Source: Trichoplax sp. H2 | Taxonomy: Eukaryota | Length of the DNA: 64,000 nucleotides | Assembly: GCA_003344405.1 (NCBI GenBank) | Contig: NOWV01000020.1 | Coordinates: 744,001-808,000, forward strand | Reading direction: 5' to 3' | In this document: one piece after another, positions 14,074 through 27,846 of the stretch | How positions within the stretch are numbered: the first letter of the stretch is position 1 | Layout of the letters: each line of letters begins with the position of its first letter | The notes under the pieces: model-generated | Databases searched by the model: none | What the model was told of the DNA's origin: nothing | What the model saw: the letters and a program-made list of their open reading frames with translations, nothing else | Program-made: the position numbers and the translations under genes

Positions 14074-14550
14074 TACAGTACTAGAACCTGTAATTTGTAC
14101 AGTACAGTACTGTAGTGGACTGCACTGTACACTGTACAGTACAGTACACTGAGTACAGTACAATAGATGGCTCAAATAGAATTCCCGACGATTGAAAATA
14201 TACTGAACAGTGAACAGTATGAAAACACAATTCTAAGACCAAATTAGACAAATTTGGTATCAGTCGATTTACAGTACAGAAGCAAGACATCAACATTTAC
14301 CAAACCATTACCTACGGGTACATACAGAATAATACAGTACTTAATATTAGTATTCCTTAATATAGTCTGTTAAATTTATGAACAAGATTCTGAAAACAAA
14401 ATAATAAACACAGTGTAACAGTACTGTACAGTACATCCTGGAATCCCGGACAAAATCAGTCCGCAGTACTGTACTGTACAGTACAGTACACAGGAATGGT
14501 CGTACAGTACAGTACTGTGTAGTACAGTACAACCTACTGTACTATACAGT
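14074..14550. repeat. CAGTA/TACTG pentamer-rich low-complexity tracts upstream of ADAM10
   Basis: Runs such as gtacagtacagtactgtag, actgtacactgtacagtacagtac and cagtactgtactgtacagtacagtac at about 14074-14160 and 14417-14550. Confidence 0.8.
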
Positions 14551-15577
14551 ATAATGTCATAAGTTCGTTTGCCACAATCGATTCTTATTGAATAAATTTA
14601 TTAAACGTTTTAATCCAAGACAAAAGTTGACAGGTAGGTTGGATCAGGGCGTGGTTGCTTCAGGGTCGTTCAAAAATTGGGAGAGGCTTGTAGACATACA
14701 GTAGCGTAGATAAATACGCGTACTTTTCAGTTGTGGACTAATAAATGCGTAAAACTGATATGAAGTGGTCTGTCTGTTAGAGTATTCAGTAAAATGTCAA
14801 TGGTATGCCAAGTAATGTGGCACAAGCAGAGCGTTATTACTAATTGCTAGTAGTCCATGGCTAAGATTACAAAGGTCAAAAATGACGTAATGATAAATGT
14901 ATTCACAGTGGTGCTGCCAAGTTAATTCGAGTAATAGCATAATTCGTAATCTTGAATCCTTGTCATGTACATGGTACAGTATACATTTTGCTACGTATTT
15001 TTGGCTATGACAAGTGTATACTTTATCATGGATTAGCAAAATGTAAAAAATATGCCATTCCTCAACATAAATAAATAAAATATAAATTGATACGTAAGTC
15101 TATTTACTGCCTATCTACCGTACACAAGTGTCCTGACTATGTACTGTACTATGGTTCAGTCATAAAGCAGATCGCAGAAAATGAACACTAGGGCTAAAGG
15201 CCGTCAAGCGAATGACGTACTACCGCATTTTTACAGGACGGCGTAGATTAGCATACTTACTGTATGATATTTAGTAACGACTTACAAATTTATGATAAGA
15301 AACTTTCTACTGACTGTGCCCAGTGCCAATTATGCTGCAGCATAGAACAGTACCATCAGTATTCAGTGGCAACTATCTTTAAATGTATATATATGTAGCA
15401 TGCTACCTTATATTATACTATTACATTTTTCTTACTGAGAGAGCAATACGAATACTGTTAAAATGAGAGAGTTTATGGAACGATGCTTGATATCAAACCT
15501 CCGTTTTAGCATTCCTGTGATATAATTATAATCTTAATTAAGTTGAAATTTATAATCCTTCGCCATGATAAATACAG

Positions 15578-16570
15578 GTAAAACCGATGAAGATCGATTA
15601 TATATTTATTTCACTTCCCAATTATGTGTAGATCAAATAGTCTCGTAGAGAGATTTTACTTTCTCTACGGCTAATGCAATGTAGCTAACGGCTATATAAA
15701 TGATAATCGGGAAATACTCATTTATGCCCTAGAGGCGATTAAAATCTCATATGTCTTGAATATGACATATGGAACAATTTAATCACTGCAGTGCAATGTT
15801 AGCCATTATTATTAGTTATGTCATTACTCAAATTGAAATGAACAATCTTTTCACTGATCTCTTCAGTTATCAATAAAATGGTTCAAAATTGGGCACGAAA
15901 GTACATCACTGAAATATCGTTAATGAAGTTCAGTAACTAACTTTATCAAAGCAATCTACTTATTCTCTTTCATGTATAATATACCTTAGGTAAAGGCGAT
16001 ATATGTTTAAATACGTACAACCTGTGATACTATGAAAAAGGTTCAAAAGAAATGATCGGCTAAATACGGTATGATCAAACAGTCTATTTGCAGCTTAGCA
16101 TAATGATATTCTTATGGTTATGAAGAGAAGTACCTAGAAACGATGGTGCAGCATATGTATATAGCTTATGTCAGTAAATCGAATATTTAACCTTCAGATT
16201 GAATCAAAAGCAAGAAAAGTGAAATTATTACATGCGTACGCGTATATAATCATTTTAAAGGCTTGTGCATATCATCTAAAGTAGAAATACAACCTCCTTA
16301 TAACTACAGGTATGCAATATTACGAATTGCATAAGTATTTATTTAAAGCCTGTAAAAATTATACAATTCTGAATTATAGTACGTACCGTACCTTTTGGTT
16401 TGAAATTTCGTATTAGGAACGCCTAACCGAATGCGATATCTCTTCGGTAGTAATAACTATGGCTTCTTGAAGCATGGATTGCAAATTGATTTCTTTTATT
16501 CAATGGAAGCTTACATTTACAATTGTATATAGCTTATGTATTCAGATATGGCGTATAAATTGGAAATCGG
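15578..16570 (+). pseudogene. Decayed paralog relic with SRCR-like exon remnants
   Basis: After acceptor aatacag: GKTDEDRLYIYFTSQ...S*RDFTFSTANAM* (SRCR first half with stops); about 15867 LSIKWFKIGHEST; about 16387 RTFWFEISY*ERLTECDISS versus gene B TFWLSKISCSGFESAINECKISS. Confidence 0.45.
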
Positions 16571-18492
16571 TAGATATATTACACTTTAGCAGATTAAAAT
16601 TCTTAGCATGGCGGTCTGATCCATTACACAATAATGTATTATAGTTTAAAATTTTGTAAATATTAGAAAATTCTAATAGTCATTATCATTGTCTAAACTA
16701 GGATATTATTTGCATTTCGGGATACAATAATTCTTAACGTACAAATTTATATCTATCTATTTATTAAATTAATGTTATTTCAGTATGTTTTGTTCAAACT
16801 ACTGTACTTAATAGAAATGATCATTAAAGGATTGAATTTGCGGTCATTTCTCTGAATGTGTGTTTATAAAAATAATTTTGTGCTACAATATATATTTTGA
16901 GAAGTTCTTTTGCGATACTGGTCAACAAGAATTAAATAAATTATCATTTATAGCAACGTTTGTTTATTTAACTGCGAGCAGACTAACTGCATCTTTTTCA
17001 GATGATTGCTAATTTTACTAATATGGGTAAACACGTTAATATTACAAAATAGAAGAAAAATGAAGATATTTTAATATTTACAGTTATCATATCCTGGACT
17101 ATGGGTATCATATTTATCATGTATCTCATGCTGTATGAAATTTTTCTAGAATTTTATTAGTGCCTTGATTTACGAACTACACTCAAATTAGTTTTTTTTA
17201 CTAAATTTAAAATCAAATGATAAGATTCTAAGTCTAATCATAATGATAAAGTAATAAATGGACATTATATACATCTATAGATGGAGTTACTTGAATTTGC
17301 ATCTAATAGGTAAACTCGGTAGTAAGAGGATTCTTAAGAATGCATTTTGAAAAATGCGAAGGAATTGATTTATGAAAGTGTTATTAAATACTAACCCTTT
17401 TAAGTGCGGCTAATTAGGAGCAAGGACTGCCAATTTAGATATATCATTGAATGAAAGAAATTTTAATATTGTTCTATGGTCAACTTTTATTGACTTTACA
17501 TTCTTATTTGATTACTAATGTAAGATGTCATTACAGATGTTAAATTGGGAGAATTACGTTATTAGCGTAAATTGTATTTACAGATGAACTCATGTATTTT
17601 TTTACGGCAAATTTCAAGAACTATTCACGTTGCACCTTCTTAATATCTTATTGACGTAAAAAGATATCTACTAATTGATTAGCGTAGATTTTTCGTCATT
17701 CTCCATTCATTATTAAAGTAATATCTCAGCACTAGAAATAAATTTAATCGCATAAGACTACAGGCCTTCATTGTTAGCAGTTTAATTCAGTTTAATTTCA
17801 CAATAAATAATTCTGGAAGCATGATTAGGGCTTTTATTGTTATTTCTTGTCATCTCGTCTTATACTACGCCGCTACTACTTTCATGTTTCTAGTTAACTC
17901 CTTTTATCGGAATTTTAATACCTTTTTTTAGATGAGCAATAATTTATTCCTTTGAAGTTTCTTACTGTAGCCATATCATAATTTTATGTAGTTGACTGGC
18001 TATTATAGATTATAATAAACTATCAGTTCACAGGCTAGAAGACAAAAGTTGCCTAGTCTAAACAATTGAATTATGTTGTCTACTATTAATACGACAGCAA
18101 CGATAACGAATAAATTTAAATGGATAATAGATAGTCGATTTATTCAGCACAGTATGCAATCATCCGATCAATAGTTGATTAATAGGCGTCCGGTGTTGAA
18201 ATAAGCATTGAATTTGAAAAAGATTAAGACAATGCGCTCATACATAAGACTGATGAACTCATGCGAATTATGATTATTGATTCAATATGTGTTTTTTTTT
18301 CTGTAGGCAATTTTTATTGTTATTAGTTGAAAGGATAATATATGTTTTTTTTCTATCGAGTAAGTTGTATTGCATGATATCTTCTGATTGAAAGTAGTTA
18401 TAATGACTACTAGCACTGAAATTTAATTACATAAGTTATTTGACTAAATAGATCAGCCACCGTACGGTACATGTAGTTATTGTCCGATCAAG

Positions 18493-21400
18493 ATGATGGT
18501 TCGACACCATTTATGGTTACTAATCATCGTTTTCTTCACTTTCATTTATAGTGCATATTCCTCTCGTACTTTAAATAATTATTTAAATGATCCTAGTTCA
18601 AAATTAATAGACTATTTATCAATTCGATATGAAGATAAGCAGAATTTAAAGAATAGTCTAATATGGAAGAGAAAATATATCTTTTGCCCATCTCGATATC
18701 TGTCGTTACTTTTGTATAGCCTGCCTTCAAATTTTGACAAAAGGTAAGTTGAATACTTTTTAACTGGATGCCTTGCCGTATAACCTAGACGTTTTTAATG
18801 ATGCTCATTTTATCAAATAAAATTCATATTTTATTCATAGCGTGTATTAATGACAGATTAAATGTTGTAATGTCTTCGTCTAGATGATTCATGAATAAAT
18901 GTGCTTAAATCAGTAAAAAATCATACCATTGACCAACCGATCATGTAAAAGTTGTTAATTGAACTAAATAATCACGATTATCGACTTTCAAAAAGGATAT
19001 TCTTCTAATTTAATTTGATTTGACTTTACGTTACTTGCAATCTAAATTAGATTTTTAAACTTGATAGTACAGTACATGACGATATTGCTATCACCACTCG
19101 CGAAGTAAAGATGCCGTTTCAACTACTAAACAACAAAAAAATTCTACTTGTACATTGTAAATAATGTAACTAAATGTAGCCAATATGCAGTTACCGCAAC
19201 ATTGTCAATACATTATTTAGCTTTTATTTTTTAGTCAAATAGAATCCAGATACCCATGTTCAATATCGAATCATCGTTTCTGTATTTCTCTTTAGCTATT
19301 CACTTTTTCATAAGCATAGTTTCAATCTAGTTTGTAAATCACACACTAGGTCTCTTTAGCCGTTTAGTGTGTTCCCGGTGAAATTTAGATAACTTAGCCT
19401 TATTTCTCTCTGTCGGTTTTCTCTAATCAGTTTATTAAACATGATATGTTGTTCTATCTTAAATTGAAGTAGCTATCTTTCTTAAAATTTAGTATACTAA
19501 GTGAAGTTAGTGAATGTAATGGATCGGTGTGGAATCTATTCAAACTTGCTTATCAACGGGGACATAATTTATCAATTAAATGTCATGGGCCGCACTCACT
19601 AAATGGAATTAGTTTGAATAACAATTTCATCAATAAAGATGTATATAGGAAAGCAGATGAAGGTAAGTGTAACAAAATATCTAGCTCTATTAACTCTCGA
19701 CTATCTACTAGTAGTGGCAGATCGATATCGTCAGAAAATTATTTTTACAGTAATTCTGTTCAAAGATCGTTTACCTACAGTGTCCCATATAGTGTATTCA
19801 CAAACATTGCTTCATTTCACTAACCTATTGTCTCTTGTATGAGACTCTATTACTTGATAGAACACATTATCGAACTTTACTATATAAACAGAAATTTTCA
19901 GAATTGTTCACATCACTGTTAACGACTGATCATCAATTTCTATTCTATCATTGATCTGATATATGATGATTTTTACAGTAGACTATTGGGCTTCAAAACG
20001 TCATAGCAGATCAGCTAATACGAAGAGACCCGTTGGTAAGTGCATTTGTTACCTCTGATGAGAATATATTTTCGTCTTGCGAATTATAAGGATGTATATT
20101 TAATATGGGTTCCATATCAATGGAATGAATGCTTGCTAGAGGAATAGTTCATTTTGAAGAAAAGAATTACGACTATACCAATTAATTTAAAGTATTATAC
20201 GGTACATTAAGGAAAAAGTTAAAACAGATTATGAGTTAACGACTATGATTTTACTTTTTTGGGGATAGATCCAACATGCTATTTTGGGAATGGCAGCCTT
20301 TATCAAGGCGTTATTAATGTTACTATTGATGGAGAAAAATGTCTGCCTTGGCATATTGCTAATAGAACAAGCTATCGGCGAAGCAATAGTTTTTTCGGCC
20401 AAGGTAATTTCTGCCGTAATCCGAATGGTGAACGTACTTCACCTTGGTGTTATTTTAGAAACACTACAACAAGTGGAATTGGCTGGGCTTACTGTCCTAT
20501 TCCTAAATGTTTACAAGGTCAACCTACTCTGTCAACTTTATTGCAGCCAGGTATAGATTTCCTAGAAGCTGTTCAAATACATAATTACAGATGTTATAGT
20601 TATTGTTATGCAACCACTGTAATATTTAATTTAAGTAAACATGCAACTCGTATCTTATTATGTTGTGTTATGAATAAATTACATAGAAATTAAATCTCAG
20701 ACGAGAGTTCGATTATCTGGGAATAATTCTAATCGTGGAATCGGCCGTGTTGACATCCAGTTTAATAGCACTTGGGGCTCTATTTGTGCTCATGGCTGGA
20801 CGTTTTCTGAATCATCGGTTGTTTGCCGTCAATTGGGATATATTGCAGCATTACCGGTTGAAGGTGATGATCATTTTTAATCTTAATGGTTGATTTAATT
20901 TGTGTTGAACATTTATTTATTTAAGCAAAGAACAATAGCTTTACTCTCGTATCATCGAATAAACTAAAGCTTCTATTTACTTGATACTTTAATAACAGTG
21001 AAAGTAGCACTACGGAATGATGTAATACATTCTCAGTTAATTATATTCATATTAGTTAACCAAAAATAATTAGAAATTATGTACATGTTTTCATCCTATG
21101 CAATATCAGGGTCAACAAGTTTTTATTTATTATAGAAACTGATGCCAGTATCAACTTGCAATACAGCAATATAACGTTTTGGTTATCCAAAATATCGTGT
21201 TCTGGATTTGAATCAGCGATAAATGAGTGTAAAATATCATCTTTGAGATATCGAGGGATTTGCACCAGTAATAGAAAGACTGTTCACGTTAAATGTAGAA
21301 CATGGCAAAGTCTAGGTAACCCGCATTAATCTCATAATGTATTGATATTGTTTAAATTTGATGCCTATTTATCTTATGATGGTATAATTCGTTTTATTCG

Positions 21401-24061
21401 CTCTTATTTACTAGCCAAACAGTATAACCTTACTACTAATAATAATGGAAAAGATCAAGTTAAACCAGACTGTGAAGGAAATAACAGAGATAACCATCAG
21501 ACTGAAAATGCAGAGTCACTTACGAAATTCTACAGTGTCATTCTAATACCTTCAATTAGCGTGGCACTCATTTTCATAGCTTTCATTGTTATTATATGCA
21601 TTCGGAGTCGGACTAGTAGGAGAAGACGAAGATATTTATGGTCATATTCGGATCCAGTCGAAGATTTTCAGTCACAAACTACGATAGAAGGCGGCACTTC
21701 AACAGGTTAAGATCATTTAATCCGCATAATAATGATTATACTATTTCTAATAGCGAAAATTAAACGTTTATGGCACACCAGATTATTAGCACACTTGCAG
21801 TATCGAATACTGTAGGATGTTTGCTGATGTAATACTGGTTATTTTCGTGATTCAAATATTTAAATCTTTTGCTAAGAATAATCAACCATTTTAAATGATG
21901 TAATGTTCAGAATATCAAGATAACTAGTCAATTGAAGTGATGATAAACTCATAAGCAAAAAGTAAATTACATTATTAAGACTCAAAAATTATTAGAAAAG
22001 TCTTTTAAATGTTGCAAGTTCATAATCTATGATAGACGTATACATAGTAAGAATGGCTGCAAAAGTAATTATCTTAGTAACTGTATATGTTTCGGACGAT
22101 TTAGAGTTTGCAATATTCACAAGAAACTATAAGGAATAACTTAATGAAATAGTAGTCTTTATTGCAGCTAGTATTAGGAGAAAAACGGTGTTATTGTACG
22201 TATAATGATATGAACTTGTCGAATAACTATAGCAAAGTAGAATAGGTAAAGTGGATAAGCTTACCCTGTAATTAGCATAACTAACACAGTAAATCCATAA
22301 AGACGGCTTTTACAATGTAGGAAGCCTAGCGGGAGAGAATATTTTATAAATACAAATTAATTATGAGGATATCTTATTTCTATGCTATGGTATTTCTATA
22401 TGATAATGAGATTAGATATTTTACATATTAACTTAATCTGATTTCGTATCCGTATTTTCAAATAAAAATTTTACTTACTAGTTTTATCAACAAAACAAAA
22501 TAGCAACCTTAACTCTAAATCACATATCTTGCAGCTGTAAAATTAGGACGTAGTTTAGCAGCCGAGTCCTCTTAATTTCATTTATCGAATTTATCACAGA
22601 CTTAATAGATAGAAGTATATTTCAAAAATATATGATAAGGCTATTCTGCTACGCTCCGTCCTCAAACTACAGTATTAAACTATAACTTACTCTATGTATT
22701 ACGCTGTAGCAGACGAGGAATTCTAGAATAAAACATTAATGTCTATCGTGTAAATTACCCATACCGTATTAACTAGATCAAATCGAAGTGTTTCTGTAAA
22801 NNNNNNNNNNNNNNNNNNNNCTTTTCGTAGCATTCGCAGCTACAATCCGCATGGCAACCTTTTACCTTATTTTACACATAGTTAAATTATTCTTAGTAAG
22901 ACTATTCTACTGCGGACCATCATTAATCCAATATGGATACGACTACAGTACTTACGTAGACATTATTCACACCAGCCAAAGTACAATGAATTAACCATAT
23001 CCTAATATATGATTTACAGTTCTATTTTTACCTATAGCCATATTAGTAACTCAACAGCTTACTGTATATAGTCATCTGTACTCTAGCATAGAGTCTCTAC
23101 CACTACAGTCTATAGTTACAGCTACCAAATATCTCTTAGGATAAATATCTACCGTACATTATACTACACATGGCTAACAGTCTACAATCACAATACTAAG
23201 TTACATTACAGATGCCTAGCGGGAAAGAATATTTATAATACAAATTAATAATGAGGATATCTTATTTCTATGCTATGGTATTTCTATATGATAATGAGAT
23301 TAGATATTTTACATATTAACCTAATCTGATTTCGTATCCGTATTTTCAAATAAGAATTTTACTTACTAATTTTATCAACAGAACAAAATAGCAACCTTAA
23401 CTCTTAACCACATATCACAGACTTAATAGATAGAAGTATATTTCAAAAATATATGATAAGGCTATTCTGCTACGCTCCATCCTCAAACTAAAATATTAAA
23501 CTATAACTTACTCTATGTATTACGCTGTAGCAGACGAAGAATTCTAGAATAGAACATTAATGTCTATCGTGTAAATTACCCATACCATATTAACTAGATC
23601 AAATCGAAGTGTTTCTGTAAAATTTTTTGAAGACTGTATAATTATAATCATAGCAAACCATTTCAATACTAGTAGTAAGCTAGTACTGTATTCGTGATAA
23701 AGTAATGTTTACTTATCGATTCTGTATTAGTGACACAAAACAAGCGGCCCAACCATAAATTTATGGCATTAAATCTAGTGTATTTTTGAATAAGACATTG
23801 TTACTGTCGATGTCTAGATTCGGTAATATTCAAAATCGCAGTTATACGATGAAATATTAAGGGCTATAACAACAATAAAATTACTGTAACTGACAAAAAT
23901 GAAAAATTTGATACTATTACTTAGATGCAACGTTGAGTAACGGAACTGTCACTTTTTATTTTACTGTCTTAGGAATAAATATATTACAGGAAAACTTGCC
24001 GAGCTATGATGATGTTGTTAAGAACAGGAAATATATATCATGCTTGGAAACTATCGTATAA
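18493..24061 (+). CDS. Receptor gene B: signal peptide - degenerate LRRNT - LRRCT-like - RHSR linker - kringle - SRCR - TM - tail with LPSY and C-terminal ETIV
   Basis: Exons 18493-18743, 19493-19662 (ECNGSVW...IKCHGPHSLNGISL), 19979-20035 (DYWASKRHSRSA), 20269-20550 (CYFGNGSLYQG...NFCRNPNGERTSPWCY), 20687-20863 (VRLSGNNSNRGIGRVDIQFNSTWGSIC...VVCRQLGY), 21136-21315 (WLSKISCSGFESAINEC), 21415-21705 (TM VILIPSISVALIFIAFIVIICI + RSRTSRRRRR), 23973-24061 (GINILQENLPSYDDVVKNRKYISCLETIV*). Phases match throughout. Confidence 0.85.
22324..23621 (+). repeat. Near-identical duplicate segments flanking an N gap (22324-22800 vs 23214-23621), probably uncollapsed haplotypes
   Basis: gcctagcggg...gtgtttctgtaaa occurs twice with scattered substitutions and an indel of roughly 60 bp; the first copy ends at the gap at 22801. 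Confidence 0.85.
22821..23210 (+). repeat. Interspersed repeat, diverged copy of 40640-41035
   Basis: Colinear similarity from tttcgtagca...acacatagt...gcggaccatcattaat...agtaactcaac...gtctacaatcacaatactaagtt in both places. Confidence 0.75.
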
Positions 24062-27000
24062 TACAACGTGAATATTTCCTTTAATTCCAAAGAACTCATT
24101 CATTGACAGGATTTGGAATAGTTTGATTTTGCATACTATATTTAAACTATTAACATTAATATATTCCTTATATCGATTTCATTATAATTATTAGTAAGTC
24201 TTAAATAATCGCTTCCATTATAAATTTACACAATCTATTACATATGTTCAAGTATTTTAAAAATGAATCTTTAGATACCCAGCGCGCTAGGTAGTCCAAT
24301 AGCCGTAATTTAAAGTCTTAAAAGCAAAATTTTCATTTATATTAAAAGCTTTTTCCTTTATTTTCCATTCATGCTGTTAAGTAAAGATAAATTAACGCCA
24401 AGTCTTATACATGCTAATATATTTAAGTTGATCTTCATTACGTCACAACACTTTGCTTTGAATATATCAAAGTATTTATTTCAATATTACTATGATTGTT
24501 ATTTGCTCAGTTTAGGAACATACTATATACAGTATATGCTTTTTCCGTCTTATTTTCTGAATATACCTTAGTAGTTCATGTTTATGCTCGAAATTTTTAC
24601 AGCTAAGAATATTTAAGAAAATGGTTACTAACTCAATATAAATTATGTAAGCAAATTTATGCCAGAAATAAAGTAAATTGTTTTAGGTATTTGCTCATAT
24701 AGTAGATATTTCACATATGCTTACTAGAGTAGTAGACTTATCTGCTGTAAAATTGAGTCAAAATTTGGTCTACTTAATTTGCAATTAGAATTTTACGGCG
24801 ATAGATTAGTCAACATGCTTATCGGCGTAAAATTAATCCTTTCGAATTATTTAAGCAAATCAGCTATTTAATATTCTTTATTTTAGAAGTTGCATTAACT
24901 TTCTTTTGGATATTCTGAATTGCTTAAGTTTATTACGAACACATTAGTATAAAATGGCTTTAAAAATTATAAACTCAGCCTTTACCTTTCGATATTGGTT
25001 ACACAGTACGAGTAACTGCCCCAAATTTTCTCTATATACGAGTATAAGATCCAAAATATAATCTCCAAATTTTGCAGTAAGGGTTTTAAAGATTTTAATT
25101 TTATATTCTGTTTTATACCCGTGTATTGGCCCTATATTTCTTTCAATAGTTGATCATGATGTAACTACAGAATCTGAACTTTAAAAATAAATAGTAATTA
25201 TTAATTGCTATCATTTAAACAAAGTAAATCAGATTCATGCTCACCAAAGAATTAAAAATGGAATAATTCACGTATATTGTATGATTGTATCGAAAGTTTG
25301 ATAGAATTAATGAATGATAATGTTTGATAGTTTGATATGAAATCCAATCAAATTTCTTCATAGTTACAAAATAGTAAGCCACAAAGTGATAGTTAAATCA
25401 CTACTCATCATTAATCTTTCAACCTTGTTTCTGAATTCTAAAAATTAATGTCCTGTTGTTTAAGCCACAAGGAATATCGTTAGATTATCTTCTAAAATTT
25501 GTTAGTATAATTTACGTAAGAATTCATTTTCGAAATTTCTTCGTTACATTAGTGAGATGTTGCCTTTACCATGTATCGTATTATAATACAAAAAGCATAC
25601 GTTTCTCATAACACACTTGTCACAATTTCACTTCTGCGATAAGGTAACTTACAGTAAAAGTCTATAAGTAGCTACTGACTTAAACGCCCCTTTTACTTAA
25701 CGTTAAACACACACAGCCGAATACCGTGAAGATGAAACTTTTATTAGCAAAGATACATCTACAACTATTACCACACCACTCAATTCAAATGTTCCCGTTT
25801 ATATAGGAACCGTCTAATTTGTAAACAACAACAGTATTATTATTATACCTTACTAGGAGAGACATCTCGAACTGAGATGTTCCTTACATAGCTTTTCTAT
25901 CAGTAAATATTTTGAATCTCTTACTGATACTTAATTTTAATGGAAGCTTGTAGGTTGTCTAATTCAACTATCATCAACTAGAATTTGAATCATCTTACTG
26001 CTATCTATCACACAATAAGATGCAATATCAAATATGCGAAGAACTATCACAAACAACATCCACGTTAAGGCATGACTTATCTTATCTAGCACTACAAATA
26101 TGGATATTCTCCATATTAGCTACTTCTGTTCTTACTAATCTATCCTAATGACAAGGCAACACCGCAACAATTCTATACGTATATTAAATACGCAAAAAGC
26201 ATATGCCGATCAGCACTATGTGATCAAAAGAATGAGTGAACTGACACCGTTGACCACAGTTAGGAATCTTGAAGGAAAAATATACGTAGTAACTTAATAT
26301 TCTTTGACGTTCTATATGCAACGAGAAATATCTTTCATTTTATGATGGCTAAATCTTGGTCTTAGATCTCACACGATCTTGTGTCCTTCATGATCCTTCA
26401 TGATAACATCTTTACTCCGATCGTTGCTTAACGGTAAACTTATTCCAAACTTATAGTAAGTTACTGTAGTTATACATATTGGCGACAGCAATTCCAATGT
26501 AATCAATAGCGGCTTAATCAAAAGATAACCGATGACTGGTATATTATCGTAAAAATATAGCATAAATTTAATTGGGTTTAACTGAAATCTATATTATCGT
26601 TTCAAATGAGTTCTTACAATTTAACTTAAGAATGGCAATATGGTTATTATATTTAGCCCATACATTGAAGTATTTACTCGTAATTGTTAAACAAGTCAAA
26701 TTTTTCTCACTAGTGCACTGAACCTAGAATCATCTATGTTGTATATTATCAAAATTAAATTTCATAATGTTGCTCCTCCTAATAAACAGCTTAATATATC
26801 ATTAGTGAGAAAATCTGCATAGCTGGATAATGTTTATGATAGTATACCAGATATAAAAAAAGTATGGTTCAATGTACTTTCTTTTTCATTATTCAGCTGT
26901 AAATGCATTAATTTCAGTTAGAATAAAATAAATGTAATAATCCAACCTAGACTCGTTCTTCGTAACTTGATTGTTTTTTTTGGATTGTAATAACTTTATT

Positions 27001-27217
27001 AGAACTAAATGTGCATTGTAAAATTTTGAACAATAAAGTATGAAGAGTCTCAAAAATAATTGGATTGGATTTTGCTTATTTATATATTAATATGATTGCT
27101 ATTGTTATTATTCCAAGTTTCAATCAAATATATGGGAACAAGTAGAAAAAACATTTGAATACTGTAGTACGTTATGATTTTCTTCTCAATAGATTTTAAT
27201 ATTACAGGCTGTGCTGT

Positions 27218-27846
27218 TGTTACAGTGTTATATACTGTATTAGAGTAGAAATATCTATGCTTGGATAATTCTGTTAGACTATCCTTATTTAGTTAACTTC
27301 TAATTTGGATATACTATGTTTTAATATAGCACTGACTTTTTATGACAGTGAGACTTATACACATACTGAAATTAATAGTTATAATAGGGAATGCAAATCA
27401 TCTACTTACAGTTCGAATCATTGTGATTGTAATTTACTTATGGTAGATTGTAAATTATCATGGAAATGTTCCGTGACAGGACATATCGTAGTCTAACTAT
27501 TCTGTATTAGTAATTACATGTCTATATTCGTAAATACTGTTGTCTGCATTTAGGTAGCAGTAGCTAAACTTAATATCTAATTCAGTAAATGATTCCGAGG
27601 TTAATTGTATTAACTATGACTCATGAACTATTGAGGAATAGTATATAAATGCAGTATATTGTGAAATAAAGAGAATTGTCAAACTTAGTGTTTAACTAAA
27701 ATACGAGGCGTTTAAGTCTTTGTGCAGTCTGCTAGTAGAGCAAAAGTGTTTGTGATAGTGCAGATATCGTTCCTTGATACGTGGTTCAAGGAATTGACTT
27801 ATTGATCGTACGTTACGTTATCTTGTTGCAAAGCTGTTTTGTGACA
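27218..27846 (+). mobile_element. Solo LTR, 629 bp, 5-bp TSD GCTGT
   Basis: Termini TGTTAC...GTGACA; gctgt at 27213-27217 and 27847-27851; internal tatataaa (about 27642) and aataaa (about 27665); a second copy lies inverted at 55834-56623 with a different TSD. Confidence 0.85.

Noticed and set aside
14081..14532. Cys/Tyr/Thr/Val-rich ORFs and a possible CRISPR-like array
   Set aside because: Translation of CAGTA/TACTG low-complexity DNA; no fixed repeat with unique spacers, and the context is eukaryotic.
18493..24061. Calling gene B neurotrypsin, Kremen or ROR
   Set aside because: No serine protease, WSC/CUB or kinase domain found; it has LRR caps and a short tail, so no gene symbol is assigned.
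27305..27496. Near-identical small ORFs at 27305 (+) and 56536 (-) as a duplicated gene
   Set aside because: Both lie inside copies of the same solo LTR and start at TTG.
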